A stretch of 64,000 nt of DNA from Candidatus Onthomorpha sp. GTDB lineage: Bacteria; Bacteroidota; Bacteroidia; Bacteroidales; P3. The notes beneath the pieces were generated by a model. It did not search any database. It was not told where the DNA came from and saw nothing but the letters and a program-made list of their open reading frames with translations. The stretch spans positions 76,095 to 140,094 of the forward strand of contig JAZRHI010000015.1 in the NCBI GenBank assembly GCA_045644685.1. Direction: 5' to 3'. A program made the translations under genes and the position numbers. Shown here piece after piece: positions 47,925 through 58,576 of the stretch (its first letter is position 1; every line of letters begins with the position of its first letter).

Positions 47925-50033
47925 ATGAGAGTTAAGAAATTATTCGTTTTTCTATTTTTTACGCTTTTTGTTTGCGGATTATACGCGCAAGTTTTGTCGC
48001 CTTCTGTGAAGAAAGACATTATTAGTCAATACAATAAGCATATTAAAACTATTTCTTCTATAAGTAGTGAAAATTTTGACTTGATGTCTGTTTACAAATA
48101 TCAGTTAGAGCAGGCTTCTGACTTCTTAAAAAAGCAGCAAGTCAATAATTTTGATAACGATATTTATGCTAAGAGCTTAGAACTTAAAACTTTGGTTTCT
48201 CAAAATAGTGAAATAGTAGAATTTATGATGCCAAGAATGAGTGATTGGTATTATAAAAAAGCAGTTTTCGCTAATGTAAATAATAAAAAACAGGAAGCTT
48301 ATAACTTTTTGTTAAAGAGTGTTGAAGCTGATCCGTTAAATGTTATGGCTAATTATGAATTGGCAAAGATAAGTCTTGATTCTTTTCAGGTAAGTCAAAC
48401 AACTGAAAGATTGATTAGGCTTATTAGTGATACTTCTATTTCAGAGGAAGAAAGCATGCTTTGTAAGAATTTGTTGGCTTTTTCTTATGATAAAAGTCTT
48501 ATTACATCTCTTGTTTTCGTTAAGGAAGGTAAATATTCGGATGCGGAAGAAATTTTACTACAACTACAATCTTATTGCAAAAAGGACCCTTTGAGTATTT
48601 GTAAGCCTAATATTATAAATAAGAATATTAGTTTGTGTAAAAACGGTATTTATCAGGATCATATAAAGGTGTCAAAACTTGCAGTAGATAAGCAAAAAAC
48701 AAAGGTGGCTGGTGATTTCTTGATTAACACTTATGATTATTTCCAAAGAAATAGGGAAGATATATCGGATACTTCGGACTTTGATGATATGGTTAAGGTA
48801 GTTGTTGATAATTATCTTTCTGTTGCAAAAGGATTGCTTAATGCGAAAAACAACGAAGCAAGGATTGATTTGATACATAAGGCAAAGGAATTAGCATCTA
48901 TGCTTGGTGGAGATTATGAAAGCAGAGTTTTGAAACAGATTGCGATGATGCAAGGAACAATCAATACAACTGATCCTGTGTTAGATTCGTTGGAAAAAGC
49001 GGCTCCAAATACTGGCTATGCAGATAAGTATCCTGAATTTGTAAAGGACACAACAGTTAATGTAGAAAAGGATATTAAGGAAATAGAGGATAAGTATGTT
49101 TATGTAAAGGTTAATAATTACGAAAAGGCTGTTGAGTTTTTGGAAAAAACTAATGAGTTGCCAAATATAAAATCAACGAAGAAATTAGACGAGTCAAGTG
49201 TGTCAGCGATAAGAGAGGTAACTGCGAAGAGAATGAATAAGGCTGAGTATGCAATATTCCAAGATGATGTTTTGACTGCTGATAGTTTAGTTGCAATTAC
49301 GGAAACTATGCTTGCTAAGTATAAGATGAAAGAAGATAGTGTCGTGGTTAAAATTATGAATAGTTATTTGCGCGCAATAGACCAAAGAGTTTGTCAAAAG
49401 AAACAAGAAGAGGTGGATGTAATGGTGCATAATATATTAGATTGTATTAGAAAGAACGATTTCTATTTGGCAGAGGAGTATATAAATATAGGTATGCAAA
49501 TAAAAGGTAGCAGTGAATGTCGATTAAATAAACAAAGGATACGAGCCTTAAAGCGTCAAATAGAACAGCCTTTGGAATATGTAAAGCAGAAAGAAATAGT
49601 TGGTGAATTGTTAGCACAAGGTGATACTGTAAGGTATTTAAAAGAATATGCAGCTTTGGAGAATTTTTATGTTCTTCATGGTTTGAGAGAAATGAGCGTG
49701 CAACATAAGCCAATTAGAGAGATAATTTATGAATTTGGAAGCGACCAATTAGCTATCAATACCATTGAAAATTTAATGAAATATCGTCAATATGAACAAG
49801 GAGTTGAAGCATTAGCTGCTTTAAAAGACTTTGGGTATAAGGCTCGTCATACAAAGAAAATTCAAAAGCAATTAGGTAAAATGATGTCTTTGGAGGAAAG
49901 CAAACGAAATGATAAGATTGCTCAATCAAATAGGTTGATGGATAAATATGGAGAGGATAAATGGTTTAAGCAATTCATAAAAAGCTATAATAAGAATTTG
50001 ATTAAATGGAATAAATATCACAGAGGAGAATAG
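47925..50033 (+). CDS. Hypothetical secreted all-helical (TPR-like) protein
   Basis: 702 aa. Signal peptide MRVKKLFVFLFFTLFVCGLYAQ. I recognise no catalytic motif. Confidence 0.5.
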   Translation: MRVKKLFVFLFFTLFVCGLYAQVLSPSVKKDIISQYNKHIKTISSISSENFDLMSVYKYQLEQASDFLKKQQVNNFDNDIYAKSLELKTLVSQNSEIVEFMMPRMSDWYYKKAVFANVNNKKQEAYNFLLKSVEADPLNVMANYELAKISLDSFQVSQTTERLIRLISDTSISEEESMLCKNLLAFSYDKSLITSLVFVKEGKYSDAEEILLQLQSYCKKDPLSICKPNIINKNISLCKNGIYQDHIKVSKLAVDKQKTKVAGDFLINTYDYFQRNREDISDTSDFDDMVKVVVDNYLSVAKGLLNAKNNEARIDLIHKAKELASMLGGDYESRVLKQIAMMQGTINTTDPVLDSLEKAAPNTGYADKYPEFVKDTTVNVEKDIKEIEDKYVYVKVNNYEKAVEFLEKTNELPNIKSTKKLDESSVSAIREVTAKRMNKAEYAIFQDDVLTADSLVAITETMLAKYKMKEDSVVVKIMNSYLRAIDQRVCQKKQEEVDVMVHNILDCIRKNDFYLAEEYINIGMQIKGSSECRLNKQRIRALKRQIEQPLEYVKQKEIVGELLAQGDTVRYLKEYAALENFYVLHGLREMSVQHKPIREIIYEFGSDQLAINTIENLMKYRQYEQGVEALAALKDFGYKARHTKKIQKQLGKMMSLEESKRNDKIAQSNRLMDKYGEDKWFKQFIKSYNKNLIKWNKYHRGE

Positions 50034-50035
50034 AT

Positions 50036-51079
50036 ATGATTACTTGCGATGATGCTATAATAGAAAAAATGGTGGTGCATAGGGTAGGGAATAAAACAAA
50101 TAATGAACCCTTGAAAGTTTCTCCCGCACCTTTTATGATACATGGAGAGATTGGCTCTGTGTTGTTAAAATATTTTACTTCAAATTTTAAATCCCCTCAA
50201 ACATATCATCTTTTCTCTGATGCAGGAGTAGAACATAATTTGGTGTTTCAATGCGTGAAAGAAATTTTTAATGATATTAACGAATTGTATGCGCAAAGTG
50301 TTAAATTGGCTCAATATCTTTACGAGGTAAGTGAACATCCTAATATTAAATCTGGCGAATTGTATGTTACATATCTTAGTCAGTGTTTTATAGATGGGGA
50401 TGTGGTGGATGCGGTTGGTATCTTTAAATCAGAAAATAAAGAGACCTATTTAAAAGTCTTTCCAAAGGGGGATGGATTTGAAATAGAAAGCGAAAATGGT
50501 ATTAACATAAATAAATTAGATAAAGGTTGTATTATCTTTAACAAGGAAGCCGAAGAGGGTTATGTTGCAACTATTGTGGATGTTTCAAATAAGGGTGGAG
50601 AAGCGGCGTATTGGACAGACGGCTTTTTAAGTTTGAGAGCAAGACATGATGCTTATTTTAATACGGAGCATGCAATAAATCTTTGCAGAGGTTTTGTAAC
50701 AGAATTTTTGCCTTCGGAATATGAAATGAATAAGGCTGATCAAGCAGAGTTGTTAAGTAAAACGGCTGATTATATGAAAGAGTATAAGCAGTTCGACGTA
50801 AATAAATATGCTGAAAGCGTAATAGGCAATAGCGAACTTCAAGAAAGGTTTGATGATTATAAAAATATGTATGAAAAAGACTTTGAAATGGATTTTTCTG
50901 ATAACTTTACAATTTCGGAACAAGCTTTAAGAAAAGGGCAAAGAGGTTTTCGTAGTATTTTAAAGTTAGATAAAAATTTTACAGTCTATATTCATGGTTC
51001 ACGAAATAGGATAGAGCAAGGGGAAGATGAAGATACTGGACTAAAATATTACAAGTTTTTATACGATATTGAAAATTAA
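50036..51079 (+). CDS. Nucleoid-associated protein, NdpA/YejK (NA37)-like
   Basis: 347 aa. N-terminus IIEKMVVHRVGNK... and overall layout resemble the NA37 family. 2 nt after the preceding gene. Confidence 0.55.
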   Translation: MITCDDAIIEKMVVHRVGNKTNNEPLKVSPAPFMIHGEIGSVLLKYFTSNFKSPQTYHLFSDAGVEHNLVFQCVKEIFNDINELYAQSVKLAQYLYEVSEHPNIKSGELYVTYLSQCFIDGDVVDAVGIFKSENKETYLKVFPKGDGFEIESENGININKLDKGCIIFNKEAEEGYVATIVDVSNKGGEAAYWTDGFLSLRARHDAYFNTEHAINLCRGFVTEFLPSEYEMNKADQAELLSKTADYMKEYKQFDVNKYAESVIGNSELQERFDDYKNMYEKDFEMDFSDNFTISEQALRKGQRGFRSILKLDKNFTVYIHGSRNRIEQGEDEDTGLKYYKFLYDIEN

Positions 51080-51083
51080 TAAT

Positions 51084-51091
51084 TATATTTG
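51084..51091 (+). promoter_or_regulatory. -7 box (TATATTTG) for eno
   Basis: Exact TAnnTTTG match about 60 nt upstream of ATG 51151. Confidence 0.5.
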
Positions 51092-51126
51092 CAAAGAAAA
51101 TTTTTAAGAAGATATATTAGATTTAA

Positions 51127-52440
<1,314 letters not shown>

Positions 52441-52450
52441 AAAATAATTA

Positions 52451-52500
52451 AAAAACAAGGTGTCTTATAAGGGAAAATAGGCACCTTGTTTTTTCTTTTT
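52451..52500 (+). terminator. Intrinsic terminator of eno
   Basis: ACAAGGTGTC 52455-52464 pairs with GGCACCTTGT 52480-52489 (one G-U), followed by TTTTTTCTTTTTTT. Confidence 0.75.
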
Positions 52501-52606
52501 TTAGGAAGACAAAAATAAATTTTAAAAAAAGTTTTGTCAATTCAAGAAAAATTGCGAAATTTGCAACTCGTTTTGAAATAAGAATAAAAAATAAAACAAT
52601 ATAGAG

Positions 52607-52846
52607 ATGGCAAAGATTTGTGAAATAACAGGAAAGAAAGTGTTGACAGGAAATAGAGTTTCTCACTCTAACGTTAAAACAAAAAGAAGATTTTATCCAA
52701 ATCTTCAAATGAAGAAATTCTATATCCCAGAAGAAGATGTATGGGTTACATTAAAAGTAACACCTGCAGGAATGCGTACAATAAACAAAAAAGGTTTATT
52801 AGCATGTTTGAATAACTCAATTGAAAAGGGTATTATAAAATTATAA
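52607..52846 (+). CDS. rpmB: 50S ribosomal protein L28
   Basis: 79 aa. [34 protein letters not shown]. Confidence 0.95.
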   Translation: MAKICEITGKKVLTGNRVSHSNVKTKRRFYPNLQMKKFYIPEEDVWVTLKVTPAGMRTINKKGLLACLNNSIEKGIIKL

Positions 52847-52865
52847 TATAGAGACAAGTAAGAAT

Positions 52866-52909
52866 AAAGGGAGAGTTTTACAATTTGTGAATCTTTCCCT
52901 TTATTTTTT
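52866..52909 (+). terminator. Intrinsic terminator of rpmB
   Basis: AAAGGGAGAG 52866-52875 pairs with CTTTCCCTTT 52893-52902 (one G-U), 17-nt loop, then ATTTTTT. Confidence 0.6.
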
Positions 52910-52912
52910 ATG

Positions 52913-52975
52913 TCTATTTCCTTAGAGATAATGGAAAAATCCTTAGGAATAATAAAATAATCCTTAGAAAAAATG
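52913..52975. repeat. 21-nt-phased CTWAG mini-array H (3 units)
   Basis: CTTAG at 52921-52925, 52942-52946 and 52963-52967. Lies between the rpmB terminator and the thioesterase ATG (52973). Confidence 0.85.
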
Positions 52976-53389
52976 GCAGTTTCTTTTGATTATAAATTTA
53001 GAGTCAGCTATGTCGATACAGATAAAATGGGCGTAGTTCATAATAGCAATTACTTCCGCTTTTTTGAGAGGGGAAGAATTGAACTTATGAGATATATAGG
53101 TGTTAGTTATAAAGACATGGAAGACAATGGTATTATGATGCCTTTGATTGAGCAATATGCAAAATATTTAAAGCCAGCATACTTTGATGAAGAGTTGATA
53201 ATCAGAACTTCTATAAGTAAAATGCCTACTGCAAAAATAAGATTTGATTATAAAGTGTTAAGAAAGCAGGAAGGAGAATCAGAAGTGTTGTGTGAAGGCT
53301 ATAATTTATTAGCGTTTATTGACGATAAAACAAGAAGGCCACATCCTTGTCCGTTGTGGATTGTAGAAAAATTGAGCAAAATTTTGTAG
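52973..53389 (+). CDS. Acyl-CoA thioesterase, 4HBT/YbgC family
   Basis: 138 aa. VSYVDTDKMGVVHNSNYFRFFERGRIELM hot-dog fold motif. Confidence 0.8.
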   Translation: MAVSFDYKFRVSYVDTDKMGVVHNSNYFRFFERGRIELMRYIGVSYKDMEDNGIMMPLIEQYAKYLKPAYFDEELIIRTSISKMPTAKIRFDYKVLRKQEGESEVLCEGYNLLAFIDDKTRRPHPCPLWIVEKLSKIL

Positions 53390-53405
53390 ATATATCGGAA
53401 TTTAC

Positions 53406-53413
53406 TAACTTTG
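53406..53413 (+). promoter_or_regulatory. -7 box (TAACTTTG) for rpsU
   Basis: Exact TAnnTTTG match about 56 nt upstream of ATG 53469. Confidence 0.5.
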
Positions 53414-53455
53414 CAGTGTAAATTATAAATTTATTTATTAACAATTAAAAAAGAA

Positions 53456-53461
53456 AGAGGT
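53456..53461 (+). promoter_or_regulatory. Shine-Dalgarno-like AGAGGT of rpsU
   Basis: GAAAGAGGT with a 7-nt spacer to the ATG. Most other genes here have only A/T upstream of the start. Confidence 0.55.
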
Positions 53462-53468
53462 ATTAATT

Positions 53469-53666
53469 ATGATTATTGTTCCTATTAAAGAAGGCGAAAA
53501 CATTGAAAGAGCTTTAAAAAAATTAAAAAGAAAGTTTGAAAAAACTGGTGTTGTGAAAGAGTTGAGAAACAGACAAAAATTCACTAAGCCTTCCGTAGTG
53601 GCAAGAGATCGTAAATTGAAAGCTATTTATATTCAAAAGTTGCAAAGAGAAGCAATGGATAAATAG
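53469..53666 (+). CDS. rpsU: 30S ribosomal protein S21
   Basis: 65 aa. Canonical bS21 (ENIERALKKLKRKFEKTGVVKELRNRQKFTKPS). Preceded by the SD-like AGAGGT, 7 nt upstream. Confidence 0.95.
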   Translation: MIIVPIKEGENIERALKKLKRKFEKTGVVKELRNRQKFTKPSVVARDRKLKAIYIQKLQREAMDK

Positions 53667-53677
53667 TTTGAAAAATT

Positions 53678-53710
53678 AAAAAGCTTGCAACTTGTGTGTA
53701 AGCTTTTTTT
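53678..53710 (+). terminator. Intrinsic terminator of rpsU
   Basis: AGCTTGCA 53682-53689 pairs with TGTAAGCT 53697-53704 (one G-U), followed by a T7 run. Confidence 0.65.
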
Positions 53711-53724
53711 TAAATATGTTAATT

Positions 53725-54618
53725 ATGAATTTTGACGGTTTTGTAGAGTATTTGAAAAAGGAAAAAGGTTATTCAGGTAATACAGTGATAGCTTACCTTA
53801 ATGATTTAACCCAATTTGCTAAGATTATAGAAGAAAGCTGTGGTGTATTAAGCGAAAAAGAGGTTTCTTCTTCTATGATTAGAATTTGGATGGTTAGCCT
53901 TAAAGATAAAGGAGTTTCTAATCGCAGTATAGGAAGAAAAGTCGCTTGCATACGATTATACTTCAATTATCTTACAAGAGAAGGTATAATAGAAACGAAT
54001 CCTATGTTAAAAATTACTGCACCAAAAGTACAAAATAATACAAGAGATTATGTTTTGGGGCGTGAATTAGAAAGACTGTTAATAGAAAAAGCATCAGATA
54101 AATCTTTCGGAGGAGTAAGAGACCGTTTGATTTTGGAAATGCTTTACTCAACAGGAATACGTCAATCAGAATTATTAGATTTGTGTGAAGAAGATATTGA
54201 CTTTGTAGGAATGGAAATCAGAATTCTTGGTAAGAGAAGAAAAGAAAGGTTAATTCCTATTCACCCAGATATAATGGAAAGAATAAAATATTATATTGAT
54301 AGAAAAAAAGAACTAAATATAACTACTAATTGTTTCCTTGTAAACAATAAACTACAACCAATGTCTAAGAAGCAACTATATTCATTTGTGTGTAAAGAAA
54401 TTTCTATTTTGCAATCTGCCAATAGATCATCTCCACATACGTTAAGACATAGCTTTGCGACTAATACACTTGCCGAAGGAGCCGATTTAATGGCCATAAA
54501 AGAACTAATGGGGCACTCAACTATAGCATCAACACAATGTTACACCCATACCACTATTGATGATTTAAAAAAAGCCTATAAACTTGCACATCCAAATGCA
54601 GAATTAGGCAAAAAATAA
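53725..54618 (+). CDS. Tyrosine recombinase XerC/XerD family
   Basis: Track start 53692 is a TTG inside the rpsU terminator. ATG at 53725 gives MNFDGFVEYLKKEKGYSGNTVIAYLNDL (SAM-like N-domain). Catalytic region HTLRHSFAT...GH....T..YTH. Conserved rpsU-xer-hpf synteny. Confidence 0.8.
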   Translation: MNFDGFVEYLKKEKGYSGNTVIAYLNDLTQFAKIIEESCGVLSEKEVSSSMIRIWMVSLKDKGVSNRSIGRKVACIRLYFNYLTREGIIETNPMLKITAPKVQNNTRDYVLGRELERLLIEKASDKSFGGVRDRLILEMLYSTGIRQSELLDLCEEDIDFVGMEIRILGKRRKERLIPIHPDIMERIKYYIDRKKELNITTNCFLVNNKLQPMSKKQLYSFVCKEISILQSANRSSPHTLRHSFATNTLAEGADLMAIKELMGHSTIASTQCYTHTTIDDLKKAYKLAHPNAELGKK

Positions 54619-54634
54619 ATATCAACTATAAAAA

Positions 54635-54641
54635 AAGGAGG
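54635..54641 (+). promoter_or_regulatory. Strong Shine-Dalgarno AAGGAGG of hpf
   Basis: AAGGAGG, then 4 nt, then ATG 54646. Confidence 0.55.
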
Positions 54642-54645
54642 GTTT

Positions 54646-54936
54646 ATGAAAATTACAGTTAAAGCGGTTAAGTTTAGAATGGATCAAAAATTAGAAGAAT
54701 TTGTCAATGACAAAGTTTCAAAACTTGAAAGACAAGCCGCAGGATTGCTTGGAGCAGAAGTAACTTTGAAAGTGGACAAACCTGAATCCGAAAACAACAA
54801 AATTGCGGACATAAAGATAGAAATATCAGGCAAAGATTTGTTCGCATCAAAACAAGCAGACACATTTGAAGAAGCAGTTATGTTAGCGATAGATGCTTTG
54901 AAAACACAGATTAGTAAATTTAAAGAGAAAAAATAA
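54646..54936 (+). CDS. hpf: Ribosome hibernation promoting factor (HPF/RaiA, short form)
   Basis: 96 aa. MKITVKAVKFRMDQKLEEFVNDKVSKLER is a sigma-54-modulation/RaiA fold. Strong AAGGAGG upstream. Confidence 0.85.
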   Translation: MKITVKAVKFRMDQKLEEFVNDKVSKLERQAAGLLGAEVTLKVDKPESENNKIADIKIEISGKDLFASKQADTFEEAVMLAIDALKTQISKFKEKK

Positions 54937-54954
54937 TTAAAAACTAAAAAATTA

Positions 54955-54992
54955 AAAGGTTGTTTAATAAAGAATTAAACAACCTTTTTTTT
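54955..54992 (+). terminator. Intrinsic terminator of hpf
   Basis: 14-bp stem AAAGGTTGTTTAAT 54955-54968 with ATTAAACAACCTTT 54974-54987, 5-nt loop, T-run to 54992. Confidence 0.85.
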
Positions 54993-55066
54993 GTAAAATA
55001 CATCTAAAATTTAGCAAAATCAAACTTTTTTTTGTTACTTTGCAAGTTAAATAAATTTTTACTAAA

Positions 55067-58000
55067 ATGGAAGACTTAAAAGAAATATTAAAAGATACAT
55101 TAGGAGTTATTTCGGAAGACAAACTTAAATCTACAAGAGAGTATGTTCAACAATATATTAGCTTGCGTTTAGCGGCTATGGGAGTAGAGATGAGCGCAGA
55201 CAACGTAGATGAAACAGACAAAAATTTCATGCGAATCCTAAAAGGTTTATTGTCTAACTATAAAGAAAGAGAAGCACTTTTTGATAACTATTTATGTCCT
55301 GCCGATGCAAGAATACAAGACTTTTTGAATAGATATTTTGCTTCTGTGAAAAGCGTTCCGGATATAAAGGTCCCTTTAAGAACATTCACATTAGACACCT
55401 ATGGAATCGCAAGAGAACTATCTTTACCACAAGGAGCGACCGAATATAAATCAACATACGTTACCTCTTATAGGGTAAAACAAGGAGTATTGCATAATCC
55501 TAAAAACGATAGAAGAACAACAAAAGGCGTATTCCACGTTGCAGAAGGAGGATTACCTATTCCAAACGACAAAAAAGCAGTTCCAATAGAAGTGGCAAAA
55601 TACATATTCTATAGAGCCTTTGCAGAAACAGGAGATGTTATGGAATTACCATACACAGCACAAACAGATACTCCAATAAAATGTATGGTTTCTTTATTGT
55701 TAAAGCCAACAATTTCTCCGGAAGTAGAAGGCGTTAGCAAAAGAAAGAATATGGAGATACGATTCTTTACACCGGGCTCATTAGTAAGCAACTTAGACTT
55801 TGTTGAAAGTATATTTGGAAACGGCGGAAGCCCATATCACATTAGTAATGACTCAGCATTAGATGTCGATCACTGGACAGGACATACAGGATGTATAATA
55901 TTAGCACCACAACTTACACAATTAACTAAAAAAGAATGTGGATTACTACACATCTCACAAGCAACAGAACGTCAGAAGAAAGACGGAATGTGTTGGGAAA
56001 ATGAAAATGAACTATACAACGACGGTCAATCATTTAAACTTTGCGTAAGAACAGACGAAGGCGTAATAGCAACAGTTATAGCAGACAACTACTTCGGATA
56101 TTCCAAAAAAGAAGTAAAGACAATGATGAGTTACTCCTCTAATATCTTTGGAAACACAGAAGAAGAGCATGCAGGAGGAGCCTTAGTCTTTCCAGGGTAT
56201 AACCAAGGCGACACTTACTTTGCAAATCCTATAAAAGTGCGCAACACGTTTGAACACGTAAAGAAGAATTGTCAATCATTCATAGACTTTAAACCAGAAG
56301 GATACGGAATAGATAAAAATTATCCATACATATATTACCTACCAGAAAACACAAACTTTTACGTTCCTACACAGGAAATAAAATGGAAGAACGACAAAGG
56401 CGAACACAAATTAAAATTACTACCAAATAGAATATACATATTGCCAAACGGAAGTAAATTCCGCATGGAAAGTTATTCAGGAGCCTTAAATTACAGATTG
56501 ATTGAAATACTTGGAGACGGAATGTTCTGTCATAAACCATGCACTGTATCAGGTGGAGGAAAATCAGAAATATCCAAATCAATATCTGACGCAATACTTG
56601 GTGGACCATTCTTTGTTAGCGACTTTGAAAGCGACTTTGCAAAAGTAGAAGAAATAATTAACTACGACTATTCAAAACGTTATGAAAACCATGACGCAAT
56701 ACCATATAGCCGTAGCTTCTTATGCAACCTGCGCTCAATGGGTTCAGTTATCAAACTTTTAACCCCAAGTCCAGAATACACAGAAAGCTATAACGAATGG
56801 TTAAGAAGCTTACCACAATACATAAAAGGTATAGCCTTCATCATAAAACGATTCTACAAAGAAGAGTGGGGTGAAGATTGGAAACGACACTTTAATGTTG
56901 ATATCTTAAACGGAACACCAGGAAACGAATTAAAATTTGAAGACAAAAAGATATTTGCACGTTATCTAAGAGTTGGATTTGAAGAAAACGGAACATGGAG
57001 AACATTTAAGTTAAGACAAGACTTCGTACACTCAGATAAAATACAAATGGAGGACGATATCAGTGCATCAACCGTAGTTCCAACAAAACTACTTAGCAAC
57101 TTAGGAAAAGCAGAAAAACAATTAAGTGTTAAAATAGTAGAAAACTGTGAATATCGTTTCTTCCAACGTCCAGATGATGCAATAATAAGAGGATACGATA
57201 AAAAAGCAGAAGCAGACCTTGCAACACCAAATACCTTTATCTCTAACTTTGAACCACTAACCCAAGAAGACGCAGTAGAAATGGTAGAAGACGTAATCAA
57301 CTTCGACCAATTCACACAACCAATGCGTAACCTGATAGAAGAAATGGTAGATGATAAAGAATCAAAATACTTTGTATCATCAGCAAATCCAAGAATAGTA
57401 AATGGAAAGCCTTCAAAGAACGTAAGATACTTGCAAACAAGAAACGACTTGATAATGCCAGCAGAAAAATACATAGCAGAAGTCGGAATGAGATTAGCAA
57501 GACGCATACCAGAAAGCGAACCATTATATGTACCAGTAAATGCAGTATTACCAGGTAGAAGAAACAACAGAGCAGAAGAAGGAATACCACCATTAGCTGT
57601 TTACAACCCAATTCACTATCAAGAATTACCAGAACTATTTATGGATTTCGTTTGCTCACTTACTGGAAAGAGCCCTTCTACAACAGGAGCAGGCTCAGAA
57701 GGTGCATTAACAAAAGGGCCATTCAATGCTTTATGCGCAGTAACAGACTTAAATAACGCTCTAATCTCGTTTATCTTAACAGGATACGACGGATTCACAA
57801 CCCCAGCGGGCTACATAGGAAGCAAATACCGTGTAGACCACGATATAAGCTTGTTGATACCAGAAATTTGGTCAAGATTAACACCAGAAGAAAGAGATCC
57901 AAAATTCTTAATAACCAACAACTTCTTTGAAAAAATAGAAAACTTCTCTTACGAAGGCGAAGAAATAAAAGCATCAGTCTTAGGATATAGAGTAACCGAA

Positions 58001-58531
58001 AAATTCATCCATAATTACTTTGGAAGAGTATTCGAAAATCCTAATGTGGTATTCACAAACGAAATGTTGAAGCCAGAACTTCAAAGTATGCAAGAATATG
58101 TTGATGGAATAAAGAATATAACAGAAAACCAATCAAGAGTAGCTAAGATGTACTTTGAAGATGGTAGCGTAGAAGGAGCAATACCTCCACTAAAAGCAAT
58201 TCTACACATAATGGCGTACGGAGAATACGAAGGAAAGACATTGTCTTCTCCTGAAATAAGAGAAATGTTCACACAAGAATACTTATTAAAGAGTAATTGG
58301 TATGCAGAACGTTTAAGAAACAAACATGTAAGCGATATAGCACTATGGCAATCACACCAAAAATATATCAGTGACTTGTTAAACGTAGCCATAAACTTAC
58401 CAGAAGAAAAGAAACAAGAAATAAAACAAATTCTTGTCAAAACAAAAGAAAACTTAAAACATATCAAATCCCAAGATTACTACGATAAATTAGTCGGAAC
58501 ATTAGGGAAAGACGATTTGTATAAAGGTTAA
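55067..58531 (+). CDS. Large conserved cytosolic protein, candidate PPi-dependent phosphoenolpyruvate carboxykinase (EC 4.1.1.38-like)
   Basis: Clean 1154-aa ORF with its own -7-like box and terminator. Size matches the ~130 kDa PPi-PEPCK family. P-loop-like CTVSGGGKSE. The functional call rests on memory of the family, not an alignment. Confidence 0.45.
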   Translation: MEDLKEILKDTLGVISEDKLKSTREYVQQYISLRLAAMGVEMSADNVDETDKNFMRILKGLLSNYKEREALFDNYLCPADARIQDFLNRYFASVKSVPDIKVPLRTFTLDTYGIARELSLPQGATEYKSTYVTSYRVKQGVLHNPKNDRRTTKGVFHVAEGGLPIPNDKKAVPIEVAKYIFYRAFAETGDVMELPYTAQTDTPIKCMVSLLLKPTISPEVEGVSKRKNMEIRFFTPGSLVSNLDFVESIFGNGGSPYHISNDSALDVDHWTGHTGCIILAPQLTQLTKKECGLLHISQATERQKKDGMCWENENELYNDGQSFKLCVRTDEGVIATVIADNYFGYSKKEVKTMMSYSSNIFGNTEEEHAGGALVFPGYNQGDTYFANPIKVRNTFEHVKKNCQSFIDFKPEGYGIDKNYPYIYYLPENTNFYVPTQEIKWKNDKGEHKLKLLPNRIYILPNGSKFRMESYSGALNYRLIEILGDGMFCHKPCTVSGGGKSEISKSISDAILGGPFFVSDFESDFAKVEEIINYDYSKRYENHDAIPYSRSFLCNLRSMGSVIKLLTPSPEYTESYNEWLRSLPQYIKGIAFIIKRFYKEEWGEDWKRHFNVDILNGTPGNELKFEDKKIFARYLRVGFEENGTWRTFKLRQDFVHSDKIQMEDDISASTVVPTKLLSNLGKAEKQLSVKIVENCEYRFFQRPDDAIIRGYDKKAEADLATPNTFISNFEPLTQEDAVEMVEDVINFDQFTQPMRNLIEEMVDDKESKYFVSSANPRIVNGKPSKNVRYLQTRNDLIMPAEKYIAEVGMRLARRIPESEPLYVPVNAVLPGRRNNRAEEGIPPLAVYNPIHYQELPELFMDFVCSLTGKSPSTTGAGSEGALTKGPFNALCAVTDLNNALISFILTGYDGFTTPAGYIGSKYRVDHDISLLIPEIWSRLTPEERDPKFLITNNFFEKIENFSYEGEEIKASVLGYRVTEKFIHNYFGRVFENPNVVFTNEMLKPELQSMQEYVDGIKNITENQSRVAKMYFEDGSVEGAIPPLKAILHIMAYGEYEGKTLSSPEIREMFTQEYLLKSNWYAERLRNKHVSDIALWQSHQKYISDLLNVAINLPEEKKQEIKQILVKTKENLKHIKSQDYYDKLVGTLGKDDLYKG

Positions 58532-58537
58532 AAACAG

Positions 58538-58567
58538 AAAAGCGGTTGATTTCAACCGCTTTTTTTA
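58538..58567 (+). terminator. Intrinsic terminator of the 1154-aa gene
   Basis: AGCGGTTG 58541-58548 pairs with CAACCGCT 58553-58560, 4-nt loop, then TTTTTTT. Confidence 0.85.
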
Positions 58568-58576
58568 TTTGTGTTA

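Noticed and set aside
52448-52708. 86-aa minus-strand ORF covering the eno terminator, rpmB promoter and rpmB start
   Set aside because: It overlaps well-supported regulatory elements and the rpmB start. Its product is hydrophobic and low-complexity.
52979-52995. A possible fourth unit of array H inside the thioesterase N-terminal codons (tttcttttgattataaa)
   Set aside because: The core is CTTTT rather than CTWAG, and its centre is 20 nt, not 21 nt, from the previous one. This cannot be told apart from chance in T-rich coding sequence.
53725-54618. Tyrosine recombinase as a marker of an integrated mobile element
   Set aside because: It sits in the conserved housekeeping block rpsU-xer-hpf, with no flanking direct repeats, tRNA target or cargo genes. 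It is most likely the chromosomal Xer-type dimer-resolution recombinase.
56962-57567. 201-aa and other ORFs (55609-55791, 56367-56609, 57312-57611, 58081-58467) antisense to the 1154-aa gene
   Set aside because: All are nested antisense to one long uninterrupted ORF. They have no start context or homology signal.
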